Positions 63,860-64,000 of a stretch of DNA of 64,000 bases are shown here, in pieces; the stretch's first letter is position 1; each line of letters starts with the position of its first letter. The position numbers and the translations under genes are program-made. Below the pieces are notes generated by a model that made no database searches, was not told the origin of the DNA, and saw nothing but the letters and a program-made list of their open reading frames with translations. Source of the stretch: Candidatus Latescibacterota bacterium (GTDB lineage: Bacteria; Latescibacterota; UBA2968; UBA8231); contig OZ242318.1 of assembly GCA_965208105.1 (NCBI GenBank), positions 3,104,001-3,168,000 on the forward strand. The letters are read 5' to 3'.

Positions 63860-64000
63860 CCACTGGATAATCACATATTTCGATTATTTTTCTATTGCTG
63901 TCTTCGTGAATGATTTTCAAAATCTATTCCCTCTTTAATCCCACAACAGCACTATCACACCTATCAGCACCAGTAGCCAGATCCAGCGTCTATTCATCAA

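Noticed and set aside
1-64000. CRISPR array or cas genes
   Set aside because: No regularly spaced direct repeats or cas motifs noticed; the repeats found are IS or MITE derived.

Overview
The window has two parts. Bases 1-13.9 kb are GC-rich core chromosome: ytoQ, a heparinase II/III-like lyase, folE2, moaB, a glutaminyl cyclase, a secreted metalloprotease, floA, a sigma-70 factor and a beta-propeller glycosidase. EF-hand/dockerin tails and FlgD-Ig domains suggest an FCB-group bacterium, probably Latescibacterota-like and possibly host-associated (inference). At 13914-13937 lies a 24-bp copy of a tRNA-Leu 3' end (att site). From there a lower-GC, IS-riddled genomic island runs to the end of the window. 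The island holds a defence-like gene set (Ppl/TrlF PHP-ATPase, HNH, Mrr-type nuclease, several HEPN-like orphans, a truncated cysteine desulfurase, a degenerate Dam-like methylase), an RT-deleted group II intron, IS3/IS630/IS256/IS1380/ISKra4 elements, and two copies of a 100-bp MITE. It also holds a cluster of secreted proteins, five of which end in a shared short motif (P)TAV-x3-[ST]WG-x-[IV]K, a candidate uncharacterised protein-sorting tag. All family calls come from motif recognition by eye; no database searches were run.
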